DNA of 45,032 nt from Candidatus Staskawiczbacteria bacterium RIFOXYC1_FULL_38_18. Lineage in GTDB: Bacteria; Patescibacteriota; Minisyncoccia; Minisyncoccales; Staskawiczbacteraceae. This document shows positions 17,777 to 26,907 of the stretch, piece after piece; position 1 is the first letter of the stretch, and each line of letters starts with the position of its first letter. The DNA lies in the NCBI GenBank assembly GCA_001822095.1, contig MHPP01000032.1:1-45032 (forward strand), in the 5' to 3' direction. Under the pieces are notes generated by a model. That model had not been told where the DNA came from, made no database searches, and worked only from the letters and a program-made list of their open reading frames with translations. The translations under genes and the position numbers were made by a program.

Positions 17777-19219
17777 ATGGCATATAAACCAACCATCGGT
17801 TTAGAAATACACGCAGAGCTGAAAACAAATTCAAAAATGTTTTGCGGATGTAAAAACGATCCTGACGAAAAACGGCCGAATTATAATATTTGTCCGGTAT
17901 GCACGGCGCAACCCGGGGCGCTTCCTGTTGCAAATGAAGACGCGATAAAAAAAGTTATCAAAACGGGACTGGCTTTAAATTGTAAAATTGCTGAGGACTC
18001 AAAGTTTGACAGAAAAAATTATTTTTATCCAGATTTGCCAAAAGGTTATCAGATTTCACAGTACGACCAGCCGTTATGCGAAGGCGGATTTTTGGAAATT
18101 GACGGGCATAAAATAAGGATAACAAGAATACATTTGGAGGAGGACACTGGCTCCTTAAACCATCCGGAGGGCGCAGATTATTCTCTGGTAAACTTAAACA
18201 GGGCAGGAGTACCTTTGATGGAACTTGTGACAGAACCAGATATCACTTCGGGCAAAGAGGCAAGAAAGTTTGGACAAGAGCTTCAGATGATTTTAAAATA
18301 TCTTGGAGTTTCGGATGCTGATATGGAAAAGGGGCAAATGAGGGTTGAGGTTAATATAAGTATTTCTAAGGGCAAAACTCTGGGCACAAAAGTTGAAATT
18401 AAAAATTTAAACTCTTTTCGCGTTGTTGAAAAGGCCGTTGATTTTGAAATAAAAAGACAGGAAGAGGTTTTGGAATCCGGAGAAAAAGTGGTGCAGGAAA
18501 CGCGGGGATGGCACGACAAAAAAGAAATTACTTTCAGCCAGCGTGAAAAAGAAGAAGCACACGATTACAGGTATTTTCCTGAGCCCGATTTATTGCCAAT
18601 GCATTTTGACAAAGACTATGTAAAAGAGATAGAATTAAGTATGCCAGAATTGCCGGATAAAAAAAGAGGAAGGTTTAAAAAAGAGTATGGGCTGGATGAC
18701 GCCTCTGTTGAGTTTTTTGTTGCTAATAAAAATTTAAGTGAATATTTTGAAAAAGTTGTTTCCGAATTTGAGGAGTGGACAGAAGAAAATGATAACCATA
18801 AAAAAGCCAGCAAACTGGTTGCCAATTATTTAATTTCAGATATTAAGGGTTTGTTGGGTAATAACGAGTTTAATGAAGCAGAGTTCAAAGTCACGCCGGA
18901 GAACTTTGCCGAATTTATAAAAATGCTTTACAAAGATGAAATTTCCAGCAAAGTTGCCAAAATGGTTTTGCTTGATATGTTTAATACGGGAGCCGACCCA
19001 TCACAAATTGTGGAGGATAATAAACTGGGGCGAATGACAGATGATTCTGAGCTTGAAAAAATTATAAAAGAAGTTATTTCAAAAAATCCAAAAGCTGTGG
19101 AGGACTACAAAGCGGGTAAACAAAACGCAATCCAGTTTTTGTCCGGGCAGGTGATGGCCGCAACAAGAGGAACGGCCAAGCCAGAAAAAGTTCAAGAGTT
19201 GTTAAAAAAACTTATTTAA
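17777..19219 (+). CDS. gatB: Asp/Glu-tRNA amidotransferase subunit B
   Basis: 'IGLEIHAEL', 'RKNYFYPDLPKGYQISQ', 'VEIKNLNS' and 'DYRYFPEPDL'. Confidence 0.97.
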   Translation: MAYKPTIGLEIHAELKTNSKMFCGCKNDPDEKRPNYNICPVCTAQPGALPVANEDAIKKVIKTGLALNCKIAEDSKFDRKNYFYPDLPKGYQISQYDQPLCEGGFLEIDGHKIRITRIHLEEDTGSLNHPEGADYSLVNLNRAGVPLMELVTEPDITSGKEARKFGQELQMILKYLGVSDADMEKGQMRVEVNISISKGKTLGTKVEIKNLNSFRVVEKAVDFEIKRQEEVLESGEKVVQETRGWHDKKEITFSQREKEEAHDYRYFPEPDLLPMHFDKDYVKEIELSMPELPDKKRGRFKKEYGLDDASVEFFVANKNLSEYFEKVVSEFEEWTEENDNHKKASKLVANYLISDIKGLLGNNEFNEAEFKVTPENFAEFIKMLYKDEISSKVAKMVLLDMFNTGADPSQIVEDNKLGRMTDDSELEKIIKEVISKNPKAVEDYKAGKQNAIQFLSGQVMAATRGTAKPEKVQELLKKLI

Positions 19220-19226
19220 AGCAAAT

Positions 19227-19257
19227 AAAGAGCGCTTCGGCAACGCGGGCGCTTTTT
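19227..19257. terminator. Bidirectional terminator
   Basis: AAAGAGCGC...GCGCTTTTT stem between convergent genes. Confidence 0.6.
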
Positions 19258-19260
19258 GGT

Positions 19261-19446
19261 TCAGCGGAAAAAGTATTTTACGTAAAGGGATATTATCCCC
19301 GCTAGTACAGTTGAGACTATGGGGGTAAGTACACTCGCAACCAGCACTCGTCGTGATTTTGTTCTCGGAATATATAGGGCGGCAAGATAAATGCCCGCCA
19401 CCGAGAGCATGGCAATCACATCCAGCAGGGCATTGATCAAATCCAT
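19261..19446 (-). CDS. 61-aa two-TM orphan membrane protein
   Basis: SD GGAGG 7 nt upstream; two hydrophobic helices separated by RTKSRR; has its own promoter. Confidence 0.65.
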   Translation of the reverse strand: MDLINALLDVIAMLSVAGIYLAALYIPRTKSRRVLVASVLTPIVSTVLAGIISLYVKYFFR

Positions 19447-19494
19447 TTTACAGCCTCCCTTCCATGAGAACTGCGGGACGAAAGAGCTATAAAT

Positions 19495-19523
19495 ATATTA
19501 CTATTTATTTAAAAATATGTCAA
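19495..19523 (-). promoter_or_regulatory. Promoter embedded in the miaA 3' end
   Basis: Minus strand TTGACA-N17-TAATAT. Confidence 0.65.
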
Positions 19524-20436
19524 TACGCTGCTTTGCTTTATGGGAACCACTTATCCAGATAATCCTTTTATCCCTCTGAAACCACGTCATTTGCCGTTTT
19601 GCAAAATGCTCAGATTCCTTTTGTATTTTTTCAATCATTTGCTCTTTTGATATTTTGTTTTGTAAATATTGTGCGACAAACCTGTATTCTAAGCCAAATT
19701 CCTCCAGCCTTTTCCACGATAAAGCTCTATGAAGTTTTTTGACTTCATTTATCATTGCGTTTTTTTTCAGTCTTTTTGCCAGGCGTTTATGGATATTCTT
19801 TTTTAACTCGCCGGGCGATTTTTTAATGCCGATTTGCAGGATAGAAAATTGGGATGTCAGACGTCCCGATTTTTGAACGGGTTTACCAGTCTTTAAAACA
19901 ATTTCAAGCGCCCTGACTAATCTGCGCGGATTTTTAGCATCAATATTTTTTGCCCTCTTTGGGTCAAGTTTTTTTAATTTTTTAAACATTCCCCCAACGC
20001 CCAATTTTTCCAATTTTTTTCTCAATTTCCAGTCCGGCTTAACTTCCGGAATTACAATTCCATCAACAACAGACTGAATATAAAATCCGGTCCCGCCAAC
20101 TATAATTGGCAATTTCCCGCGCTTTTGGATATTTTTAATTGCTTTTAACGCCAATTTTTGATATTGGGCTAAGGTAAACCTTCTTTTTGGATTGGCAACA
20201 TCCAAAAGCCAGTGGGAGATGCCTTGCATTTCTTTTTTTGTTATTTTACCGGAGCCGATATCCAGCCCCTTGTAAACCTGCCTTGAATCAGCCGAAATAA
20301 TTTCCGCTCCTTCTATGCCGAACTTATTTCGCCCTGAGCGTAGCCGAAGGGCTAATTTCACGGCCAAGTCGCTTTTTCCTGAAGCCGTCGGCCCCAAAAT
20401 TACAACTAGTTTGTTTTTTGTGCTGGCTGTTGACAT
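19501..20436 (-). CDS. miaA: tRNA dimethylallyltransferase
   Basis: 'GPTASGKS', 'ISADSRQVY', 'VGGTGFY' and 'AKRQMTWF'. Confidence 0.96.
   Translation of the reverse strand: MSTASTKNKLVVILGPTASGKSDLAVKLALRLRSGRNKFGIEGAEIISADSRQVYKGLDIGSGKITKKEMQGISHWLLDVANPKRRFTLAQYQKLALKAIKNIQKRGKLPIIVGGTGFYIQSVVDGIVIPEVKPDWKLRKKLEKLGVGGMFKKLKKLDPKRAKNIDAKNPRRLVRALEIVLKTGKPVQKSGRLTSQFSILQIGIKKSPGELKKNIHKRLAKRLKKNAMINEVKKLHRALSWKRLEEFGLEYRFVAQYLQNKISKEQMIEKIQKESEHFAKRQMTWFQRDKRIIWISGSHKAKQRIDIFLNK
19845..19873. repeat. In-frame palindromic insert in miaA
   Basis: AAAATTGGGATGTCAGACGTCCCGATTTT, encoding KSGRLTSQF. Confidence 0.55.
20331..20352. repeat. In-frame REP-like insert in miaA
   Basis: GCCCTGAGCGTAGCCGAAGGGC, encoding ALRLRSG between the P-loop helix and EIISADS. 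Confidence 0.65.
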
Positions 20437-20458
20437 GGTTATTTTTATGTGATAAGAT
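20430..20458 (+). promoter_or_regulatory. Plus-strand promoter between miaA and miaB
   Basis: TTGACA-N17-TAAGAT with TG extension, overlapping the miaA start codon. Confidence 0.7.
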
Positions 20459-20464
20459 ATTTCT

Positions 20465-20673
20465 ATCGTGGACTTCGGTCCGTTTTACGTTCCTTTCACT
20501 CGGAGAGTCACATGACTCGCTTGACCCACTCCATTTCTTTCGTCTCGATCTCCTGACGCCGGGCACGGCCCACCACGATGAGCGACACTGGTCGCTCAAA
20601 ATGGTGATCGGTACCCCCAGGCCCCAACAACATTTTGCTAATACCAATAGCACCATGTCGCTGGGGCTCTTTT
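20465..20673 (+). ncRNA. Putative structured small RNA (may carry a 14-aa micro-ORF at 20512-20556)
   Basis: GGAC-TTCG-GTCC, GAGTC/GACTC, TGAGCGAC/GTCGCTCA within CACCA/TGGTG, and a terminal GCCCCA/TGGGGC stem plus T tract; has its own promoter. Confidence 0.55.
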
Positions 20674-21929
20674 CATACAATTTTACCATGTAAAATAAAT
20701 GGGCGGGCTTCGATGATTTTTACCTTAAGCATTTTTCCTAAAAGGTTTTCTTGGGAAACAACCTTTATTGTTTTATATTGTTCGTTTTTGCCAAAATAGC
20801 TGTCTTTTCTATGTTCATTAAATAAAACTAGTGTTTCTTTTCCGATAAATTTTTTATTATGCTCCAGCGCGGTCTCTTTTAGGATATCTGTTAGGATTTT
20901 TTCGCGATTTTTCTTTTCTGTCAGCGAAACGTTATCTTTAAGTTTGGCCGCTGCCGTGCCGGCGCGCGCAGAATATTTGTTTATATAGGCCATGTCATAT
21001 TTTACCTCGCGGAATAGTTTTGCGGTATTTAAAAATTGCTTTTTTGTTTCGTCCGGAAAACCCACAATTATATCAGTTGAAATGGCGATGTCGGGAATTT
21101 TTTCTCTTAACTTTTTTATTTTATTTTTATATTCGGCGACTGTGTAGTGGCGGTTCATTGATTTTAAAACTTTATCATCTCCGGACTGCACGGGCAAGTT
21201 TAAGTATGGGGTTATGTGTCCATGCTCAGCCATGGCGTTGATAACGTCGTCGTCAAAATCTTTTGGATGAGAGGAAGTGAATCTCACCCAGAATTCGCCT
21301 GGAATATCGTTTATCTTTTTTAAGAGTTTTGAAAAATTTGTTGAGCAATCTTTATAGGAATTTACATTTTGGCCCAAAAGCCAAATTTCTTTGTAGCCGT
21401 TTCTGATGAGATTTCTTACTTCTGAAATTGTTTCTTTTGCCGGCCGTGAAATTTCCCTTTCTCTTGTGTAGGGAACTACGCAGTAGGCGCAAAAGTTATT
21501 GCAGCCGGTCATAATCGGTACGTTTGCAGAAAACTGGTTTTCGTATTTTGGGGCAACATCCAGATAGTTTTCTGCATTTTTAACCTTTTTAATGCCCAAA
21601 ATCTCCGGAATCCTTTTAATGTCTTTTATATCCAAGACAATATCAAAGCCTTCAATAAATATTTTTTTGTCTTTTTTAAGCACGCAGCCAGTCAGTATAG
21701 TTTGTAGTTTATGGTTGGTAGTTTTTAGTTTACGAAATTTTTCTACAAGCCCGTGTATCCTGTCAACAGCAGACTGCCTTATTGAGCACATTGTCACAAT
21801 AATTACATCGGCCTTGGTTATATCGTCAGTTTTAGTATATTTTGCAGATTCCAAAACAGAAGCAACGCGTTCTGCGTCGCTTATATTCATCTGGCATCCA
21901 AAAACTATAACGTGATATTTTTTCATCAC
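20673..21929 (-). CDS. miaB: tRNA methylthiotransferase MiaB
   Basis: 'GCQMN', radical SAM 'GCNNFCAYC', 'LLGQNVN', 'SSHP', 'IVGFP' and a TRAM domain. Confidence 0.93.
   Translation of the reverse strand: MMKKYHVIVFGCQMNISDAERVASVLESAKYTKTDDITKADVIIVTMCSIRQSAVDRIHGLVEKFRKLKTTNHKLQTILTGCVLKKDKKIFIEGFDIVLDIKDIKRIPEILGIKKVKNAENYLDVAPKYENQFSANVPIMTGCNNFCAYCVVPYTREREISRPAKETISEVRNLIRNGYKEIWLLGQNVNSYKDCSTNFSKLLKKINDIPGEFWVRFTSSHPKDFDDDVINAMAEHGHITPYLNLPVQSGDDKVLKSMNRHYTVAEYKNKIKKLREKIPDIAISTDIIVGFPDETKKQFLNTAKLFREVKYDMAYINKYSARAGTAAAKLKDNVSLTEKKNREKILTDILKETALEHNKKFIGKETLVLFNEHRKDSYFGKNEQYKTIKVVSQENLLGKMLKVKIIEARPFILHGKIV
21698..21731. repeat. Degenerate 7-nt tandem repeat in miaB
   Basis: tttgtag/tttatgg/ttggtag/tttttag, encoding KLKTTNHKLQT. 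Confidence 0.5.
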
Positions 21930-23533
21930 CTTATTTCTTCCTTGCGTTCTTTTATAAAATAGCGCCAGCCTTCCAAAAATTCCACAAAAGCTGAAAAGGG
22001 CATATCAATTAAAGCATTGAAAAACGCGGCTATGGCGTTATAGCGCCTCCACTTGTTTGAAAGCCATTTGCCAAGCCCTTGGACGGGCAGAAAGAATATA
22101 TCAGCCAAAAAACCAAAAAAACCTTCTTTTTCCGGTTCCATTGTAAGCTCCTGTGCCCGCTTTGCTACGGCTGTTCCTGCAAATAATATTAGGGCAATAA
22201 ATATAATATCTATAAATATTGAAATGGCCGGAAAATTAAAGTAATTCAACGCAAAGATTATTGCTCCAAAAGTTATAAAAGAAGAAAAAACATACACCAG
22301 AGAAAGAAACATCCTCATGGCAACGTTCTTTCTTCTATTGAGCTTTATTTCATAGGCGTCAATTTTTTCTGTCTTGTAGGTTATTTTCATTGTTTCCATA
22401 ACAACCGTATTCAGGTTTTTTGAGGAGGGCTTTTTTATTGAGATAACTATTAAAAACATAAGCGCCGTGGGTATTGCAACATCGGCGGCAAATATTGCTG
22501 GATTTGTTGAACTTCTTGTAACCACATCTATTATCCACTCTAAAATTACAAGAGAAAGTATTTTTGTTGCAAAAATTGAAATTGTCGAATAAACAGCGGC
22601 CCTTGAAATCCTGGTTTTTAGGGTGGCGGCTCTCTTTGTGTAGGCGTCTTTTATTTTGCCCTCCAGGATTTTTGGGTCTGAAATTTCTCCATTCTCGTTT
22701 TGAAACAAAATATCCCCAAGCAATAAATACGGAGTGTCGTACCTTTCGCAGACAGCGTAAAATTTATTTGAAAGGGGGTTAAGCAGGTTCTTTTCTATTT
22801 CTTGCCACGAAACAAAAATATCACGCGAAATGTCCGCAATTAATTGCCGGCTCGGTTTGTTCCATTCAGGATATTTATATTTTAACAGGTTGTAGCTAAT
22901 TATTGGCTTATCCAGTTTAAACAGGGCATGGCACACGGCAATATAGATTTGAATATCCTTTTCACTCTTTTTTAAAAGTCCCTTTTCGTAAATTTTGTTT
23001 GAAATTTTTATTTTTTCCTTCATCGCCCAAAACATATATTCAATCAGGGCTATTTCCTTAATTGCCGGAGCCAGCAAGTCTTCTATTTCGCAGGCAGCAA
23101 CATCCAACAGCCAATTGTAAAAATTTAATCCAGCTTTTCCATTCTTATTTTCGGGATTATTTTTTAAGATAAAAACATACTTGCTTATTATGTTTTGGAC
23201 GTCCTTAATTTTTGATTCCTCAATTTTGTCATTTGGAAAATGACCGCCCCGTATTAATTCTAAAACTAACCCTTCAGCCATTTCGCCGTTTTCAGGAAAA
23301 TTATTGAGCTCAAGCTCAAAAAATCTCCGTTTCAGTTTTCTGATAATTGCGGCCCTGCGCATTAAATGCTCTTCTTTCCATTCAACAACAGTACGCACTT
23401 TTTCATAAAAAGCAGCCACGCTTAAAGCGACCTCGTCCACGTTTATCGTGGCCGCGCCTTCTTTTTGAAGCCCAGATTTTTTTGCAAAATTATATTGGGA
23501 GATTAACTTTTTTGTTGCCTCGGAAAGTTCCAT
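21926..23533 (-). CDS. Hypothetical membrane protein (soluble N-terminal domain plus about 4 TM)
   Basis: 535-aa ORF coupled to thrS and miaB; 'YEKVRTVVEWKEEHLMRRAAI.R.LKRR'. Confidence 0.75.
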   Translation of the reverse strand: MELSEATKKLISQYNFAKKSGLQKEGAATINVDEVALSVAAFYEKVRTVVEWKEEHLMRRAAIIRKLKRRFFELELNNFPENGEMAEGLVLELIRGGHFPNDKIEESKIKDVQNIISKYVFILKNNPENKNGKAGLNFYNWLLDVAACEIEDLLAPAIKEIALIEYMFWAMKEKIKISNKIYEKGLLKKSEKDIQIYIAVCHALFKLDKPIISYNLLKYKYPEWNKPSRQLIADISRDIFVSWQEIEKNLLNPLSNKFYAVCERYDTPYLLLGDILFQNENGEISDPKILEGKIKDAYTKRAATLKTRISRAAVYSTISIFATKILSLVILEWIIDVVTRSSTNPAIFAADVAIPTALMFLIVISIKKPSSKNLNTVVMETMKITYKTEKIDAYEIKLNRRKNVAMRMFLSLVYVFSSFITFGAIIFALNYFNFPAISIFIDIIFIALILFAGTAVAKRAQELTMEPEKEGFFGFLADIFFLPVQGLGKWLSNKWRRYNAIAAFFNALIDMPFSAFVEFLEGWRYFIKERKEEIR

Positions 23534-25263
23534 TATGATTTTGAGATAATTTTGTTTTTTATCTTGTCAACAAAATTGTTAATAGGCATTTGGCCCAAGT
23601 CGCCTTTTCTGCGCTCTCTTACTGCGACTGCGTTAGCTGCGATTTCTTTGTCGCCGACTATTAGTAAATACGGGATTTTTTGCATTTCAGCTTCGCGTAT
23701 TTTTTTGCCCAAAGTTTCGTTTTGGTTTTTTATTTCAACTCTAATATTTTTATCTTTCAATTCCTTCTCAATTTTTTTGGCATACTCATCGTGCCTTTCG
23801 GAAATTGGGATTACGGCAACCTGAACAGGGGACAGCCAAACCGGAAACGCCCCGGCCAGGTGTTCTGTCAAAATTCCTATAAATCTTTCCAAAGACCCGT
23901 AAACTACCCTATGAATTACAACCGGAGTTTTCTCTTTTCCGTCGGAATCTATATATGATAAGTTAAATTTTTTGGGTATCTGGAAATCAAGCTGTATGGT
24001 TCCCGTCTGCCAGTCGCGGCCCAAAGAATCTTTCATCAAAATATCTATTTTGGGCCCGTAAAACGCGCCATCGCCATTTTCTATGGTATATTTTTTTCCG
24101 CTTTTTTCCAAAATATTTTTTAATTCGCTTTCTGCTTTGTTCCAGCTTTTTACATCTCCCATAAAATCCTTTGGCCGTGTTCCCAGCCTGAAAGAATATT
24201 CTAAATTAAATATAGAATAGAATTTTTTGGTTATCGCCAGAATCCTCGCGTATTCGTCTGCGATTTGGTTTTCTGAAATAAAAATATGGGCATCGTCCTG
24301 GGAAAATTCCCTCACTCTCAAGAGTCCGTTTAATGTTCCGGATTTTTCAAAACGGTGCAATGTGTCTGAGTCGGAAAGCCTCAACGGCAGTTCTTTGTAT
24401 GACCTCGGCCTGGATTCGTAAACAACCATTGCATTCGGGCAGTTCATTGGCTTTAACCCGTATATTTCTCCTTCTTCGGTTTCAGAAATAAACATGTTTT
24501 CTTTGTAATGGTCCCAATGCCCTGATTTTTGGTAAAGCTCTTTTTTGTTTATCAGCGGGCTTTTTATTTCAAAATATCCTTCTTTCTGGTGCTCTTCTCT
24601 CCAAAAATTGATCAGCTCATTAAAAATAATTAACCCTTTCGGAAGCCAATAAGCCATTCCCGGAGCTGTTTCATGAAACATAAATAACTCAAGTTTTTGG
24701 CCCAATTTTCTGTGGTCGCGTTTTTCCGCTTCTTCCATCATTTTTAAATAATCCATCAGCCCTTTTTCGGTTTCAAAAGCAACGCCGTAAATTCTTGTCA
24801 GCATTTTATTTTTTTCGCTTCCTTTCCAGTAGGCCCCTGCAATTTTTGTCAGTTTAAAGCTGTTTGGGTCAATGGCGCTTGTGTCTTTTACGTGAGGCCC
24901 TTTGCATAGGTTATGAAACCAATCAGAATCATAAAAACTTAACTTTTTCTCGCCTGATTTTTTTAAGTCTTTAATAATTTCAGTTTTGAGCGGGTCATGC
25001 TTGTAGAATTTAAGAGCTGCGGCGAAGGTTGAACTGCCTTCCACAAACTTAATTTTCTGGGCAATTATTTCCCGCATTCTTTTTTCTATCCGCTCAAAAT
25101 CTTTTTCCGAAATCGTTTTACCTTTCGGGAAAGCATAATCTTGATAAAATCCATTTTCAATTGCCGGACCCATTCCCAAGCTGGCCTTGGGATATTTTTC
25201 CATTATCGCCATGCTCATCAAATGAGAGAGGGAGTGGCGTATATTTTCAATGTTTTCTGGCAT
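23533..25263 (-). CDS. thrS: Threonyl-tRNA synthetase (lacking the N-terminal TGS domain)
   Basis: 'RHSLSH', 'CKGPH', 'KRDHRKLG', 'KPMNCP', 'QDDAH', 'FYGPKID' and 'GSLERFIGIL'. Confidence 0.97.
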   Translation of the reverse strand: MPENIENIRHSLSHLMSMAIMEKYPKASLGMGPAIENGFYQDYAFPKGKTISEKDFERIEKRMREIIAQKIKFVEGSSTFAAALKFYKHDPLKTEIIKDLKKSGEKKLSFYDSDWFHNLCKGPHVKDTSAIDPNSFKLTKIAGAYWKGSEKNKMLTRIYGVAFETEKGLMDYLKMMEEAEKRDHRKLGQKLELFMFHETAPGMAYWLPKGLIIFNELINFWREEHQKEGYFEIKSPLINKKELYQKSGHWDHYKENMFISETEEGEIYGLKPMNCPNAMVVYESRPRSYKELPLRLSDSDTLHRFEKSGTLNGLLRVREFSQDDAHIFISENQIADEYARILAITKKFYSIFNLEYSFRLGTRPKDFMGDVKSWNKAESELKNILEKSGKKYTIENGDGAFYGPKIDILMKDSLGRDWQTGTIQLDFQIPKKFNLSYIDSDGKEKTPVVIHRVVYGSLERFIGILTEHLAGAFPVWLSPVQVAVIPISERHDEYAKKIEKELKDKNIRVEIKNQNETLGKKIREAEMQKIPYLLIVGDKEIAANAVAVRERRKGDLGQMPINNFVDKIKNKIISKS

Positions 25264-25325
25264 AAATTTATGTATGTATAAAGAATAGTATTTGATAATG
25301 ATAGCACCTCTGTTTGTGGTAGTAA

Positions 25326-25447
25326 ACCCCGTTAGAAGTTTGCCATTTCAAACATAATATTTTCTAATTTTTAGCTTCAAAATGGTTTTCTATGGCGACG
25401 CGCGTACGCGTGTCGCCATGTTTTTCACCACAAACTTCTAACGGGGT
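25326..25447. mobile_element. MITE-like element (122 bp) with 17-bp terminal inverted repeats
   Basis: ACCCCGTTAGAAGTTTG (25326-25342) and CAAACTTCTAACGGGGT (25431-25447); internal palindrome ATGGCGACGCGCGTACGCGTGTCGCCAT; no ORF. Confidence 0.7.
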
Positions 25448-25453
25448 AAATTA

Positions 25454-25481
25454 TTGACAATTTATAAAAATTATGTAATAT
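25454..25481 (+). promoter_or_regulatory. Promoter for the 25554-26358 unit
   Basis: TTGACA-N16-TAATAT. Confidence 0.6.
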
Positions 25482-25553
25482 AAGTTTAGTACCTAAGACC
25501 AAATATGGCGTTGCCATACCGCGTCGGCGGATTCCGATACAGGAGTATTTTCG

Positions 25554-26063
25554 ATGAGAATTATTGTTGGAACAAAAAACTCGCACAAACTTGAGGCTGT
25601 TGAAAGTGCTTGCGGGAGGGTGGGTATAAAAGCTCCTAAGATTTTAGGACTCAAGATTCCGTCCGGGCAAAATGAACAACCGGTAGGCCTTGAGGAAACC
25701 TATGAGGGTGCCTTAGCCCGAGCGGTTGGTGCGCAGAAAGAGTTTATTGACCCATGGGGTATTTTTGTCGGCATTGAAAGCGGAATAGTCAGGATTCAGC
25801 CGACGGCTTATGTCGACTTGGCGGTAGTTGTGGTTATTACTTCGGAGCGCAGGATTGTCGCAACTTCCAGCGGGGTTGGATTTCCTTACGATTATGTTGC
25901 AACCGCCAGAATCCGGGGTTTTGAAACCACGACCGTCGGCTCTGTGATTGCCGAAAAAACGGGCTGCGACGGCACGGACCCGCATTCAACCCTGACGCAC
26001 GGGAAAGTTTCACGAAAAGACATTCTTGTGCAGGCTCTAACGATTGCCCTTTCACAGGTCTAG
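25554..26063 (+). CDS. YjjX/DUF84-family inosine/xanthosine triphosphatase
   Basis: 'VGTKN..KL.AV', 'SGQNEQP...EET..GA..RA', 'GIESG' and 'LT.G.VSR'; SD AGGAG. Confidence 0.8.
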   Translation: MRIIVGTKNSHKLEAVESACGRVGIKAPKILGLKIPSGQNEQPVGLEETYEGALARAVGAQKEFIDPWGIFVGIESGIVRIQPTAYVDLAVVVVITSERRIVATSSGVGFPYDYVATARIRGFETTTVGSVIAEKTGCDGTDPHSTLTHGKVSRKDILVQALTIALSQV

Positions 26064-26073
26064 GAGAGAAATC

Positions 26074-26358
26074 ATGGCTCTATGCGGGAAATTTGAGAAA
26101 GGCGGCCGGGTTCGCGTTATAAACGCCGGGCGAAACGCAGATATAACCGGGCTAGACCCAAAGAAAGTTTACACGGTTGGAGCAGTAGAGGATGTTCCAA
26201 AAGATTCTCAGCCAAGCATTGGCCATAGCCAGCTTGTTTTTCTGGATGGAGTGGTCTACCCTTCCAACGTAAGGAAGGGATTTACTGACCGCGATCCGGA
26301 GAAAAAAAGAAGGAAAATGTTTTCCGGCTTCTACTTTGAAAAGGTGTCGGAAAATTGA
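26074..26358 (+). CDS. Hypothetical small beta-rich protein
   Basis: SD AGGAG overlapping the upstream stop; 94-aa ORF from ATG 26074. Confidence 0.6.
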   Translation: MALCGKFEKGGRVRVINAGRNADITGLDPKKVYTVGAVEDVPKDSQPSIGHSQLVFLDGVVYPSNVRKGFTDRDPEKKRRKMFSGFYFEKVSEN

Positions 26359-26368
26359 GAGATTTTAG

Positions 26369-26396
26369 AGGCTTGCGCTTTGCCGCAGGCTTTTTG
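26369..26396 (+). terminator. Intrinsic terminator
   Basis: GGCTTGCG-ctttgc-CGCAGGCT plus T tract. Confidence 0.6.
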
Positions 26397-26404
26397 TTTA
26401 TAAA

Positions 26405-26464
26405 TTATGCCTCTTTTGGAACAAGGATTTTCTGCACGTCGTCGGCGACGATTTTAATTTCGCC
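26405..26464 (-). pseudogene. Stranded duplicate of the dnaE 3' end (19 codons plus stop)
   Basis: Encodes GEIKIVADDVQKILVPKEA* versus GEIKIVADDVQEILVPKEA* at 27791-27850; 51/60 nt identical by manual alignment. Confidence 0.9.
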
Positions 26465-26518
26465 GTTGAACGTGCTACGATTAAATAGCAACCAGACACC
26501 TATTTTGAGGAGGGCTAT

Positions 26519-26878
26519 ATGGCAAACGAGGAGCTCTTTGAAAAAGCAATCGCTTTGTTGCGGGAAGAACTTTCGTTGTGGGAGCATTATCCTGGCAGCG
26601 AAGGAAGAATCAGGCGAGAACGCACCTCAACTGCTATCGCCGATTTATCTGCTGGCAATATCTCAGAAAGCGTTTTAAGGGCGCTTAATGAGTCGGGCAG
26701 GTATTATCTCAACCTTTGCAACTTTGCAAGAAATCCCGAGCAACTGAAAAGCTGCGGCCTTCCGCAAGCGACTATTGATGATTGGGTCAAAAAACGGGAA
26801 ACAAATGGAACCAGGTCAACCGAGTTTTTTATACTCTATGAGAGCCTCCTTGATCTGGCAACCAGCGCTCCGCATTGA
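26519..26878 (+). CDS. Hypothetical helical orphan protein
   Basis: SD GAGGAGG; extended -10 TGcTACGAT at 26473-26481; terminator CCGCAT/ATGCGG plus T tract at 26870-26893. Confidence 0.65.
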   Translation: MANEELFEKAIALLREELSLWEHYPGSEGRIRRERTSTAIADLSAGNISESVLRALNESGRYYLNLCNFARNPEQLKSCGLPQATIDDWVKKRETNGTRSTEFFILYESLLDLATSAPH

Positions 26879-26907
26879 AAGATGCGGTTTTTGTTTGCCG
26901 TAAAATA

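Noticed and set aside
20512-20610. TGA readthrough or alternative genetic code extending the micro-ORF
   Set aside because: TGA terminates mnmA, nusB, miaB and rnhB at expected positions, so the standard code applies.
20324-20693. 121-aa (minus) and 91-aa (plus) ORFs across the miaA-miaB gap
   Set aside because: They overlap neighbouring genes, lack SD or homologous motifs, and the region is better explained by RNA structure.
26405-26587. 60-aa minus-strand ORF as a real gene
   Set aside because: Only its last 19 codons are meaningful (the dnaE remnant); the rest is antisense to the 26519 cassette.
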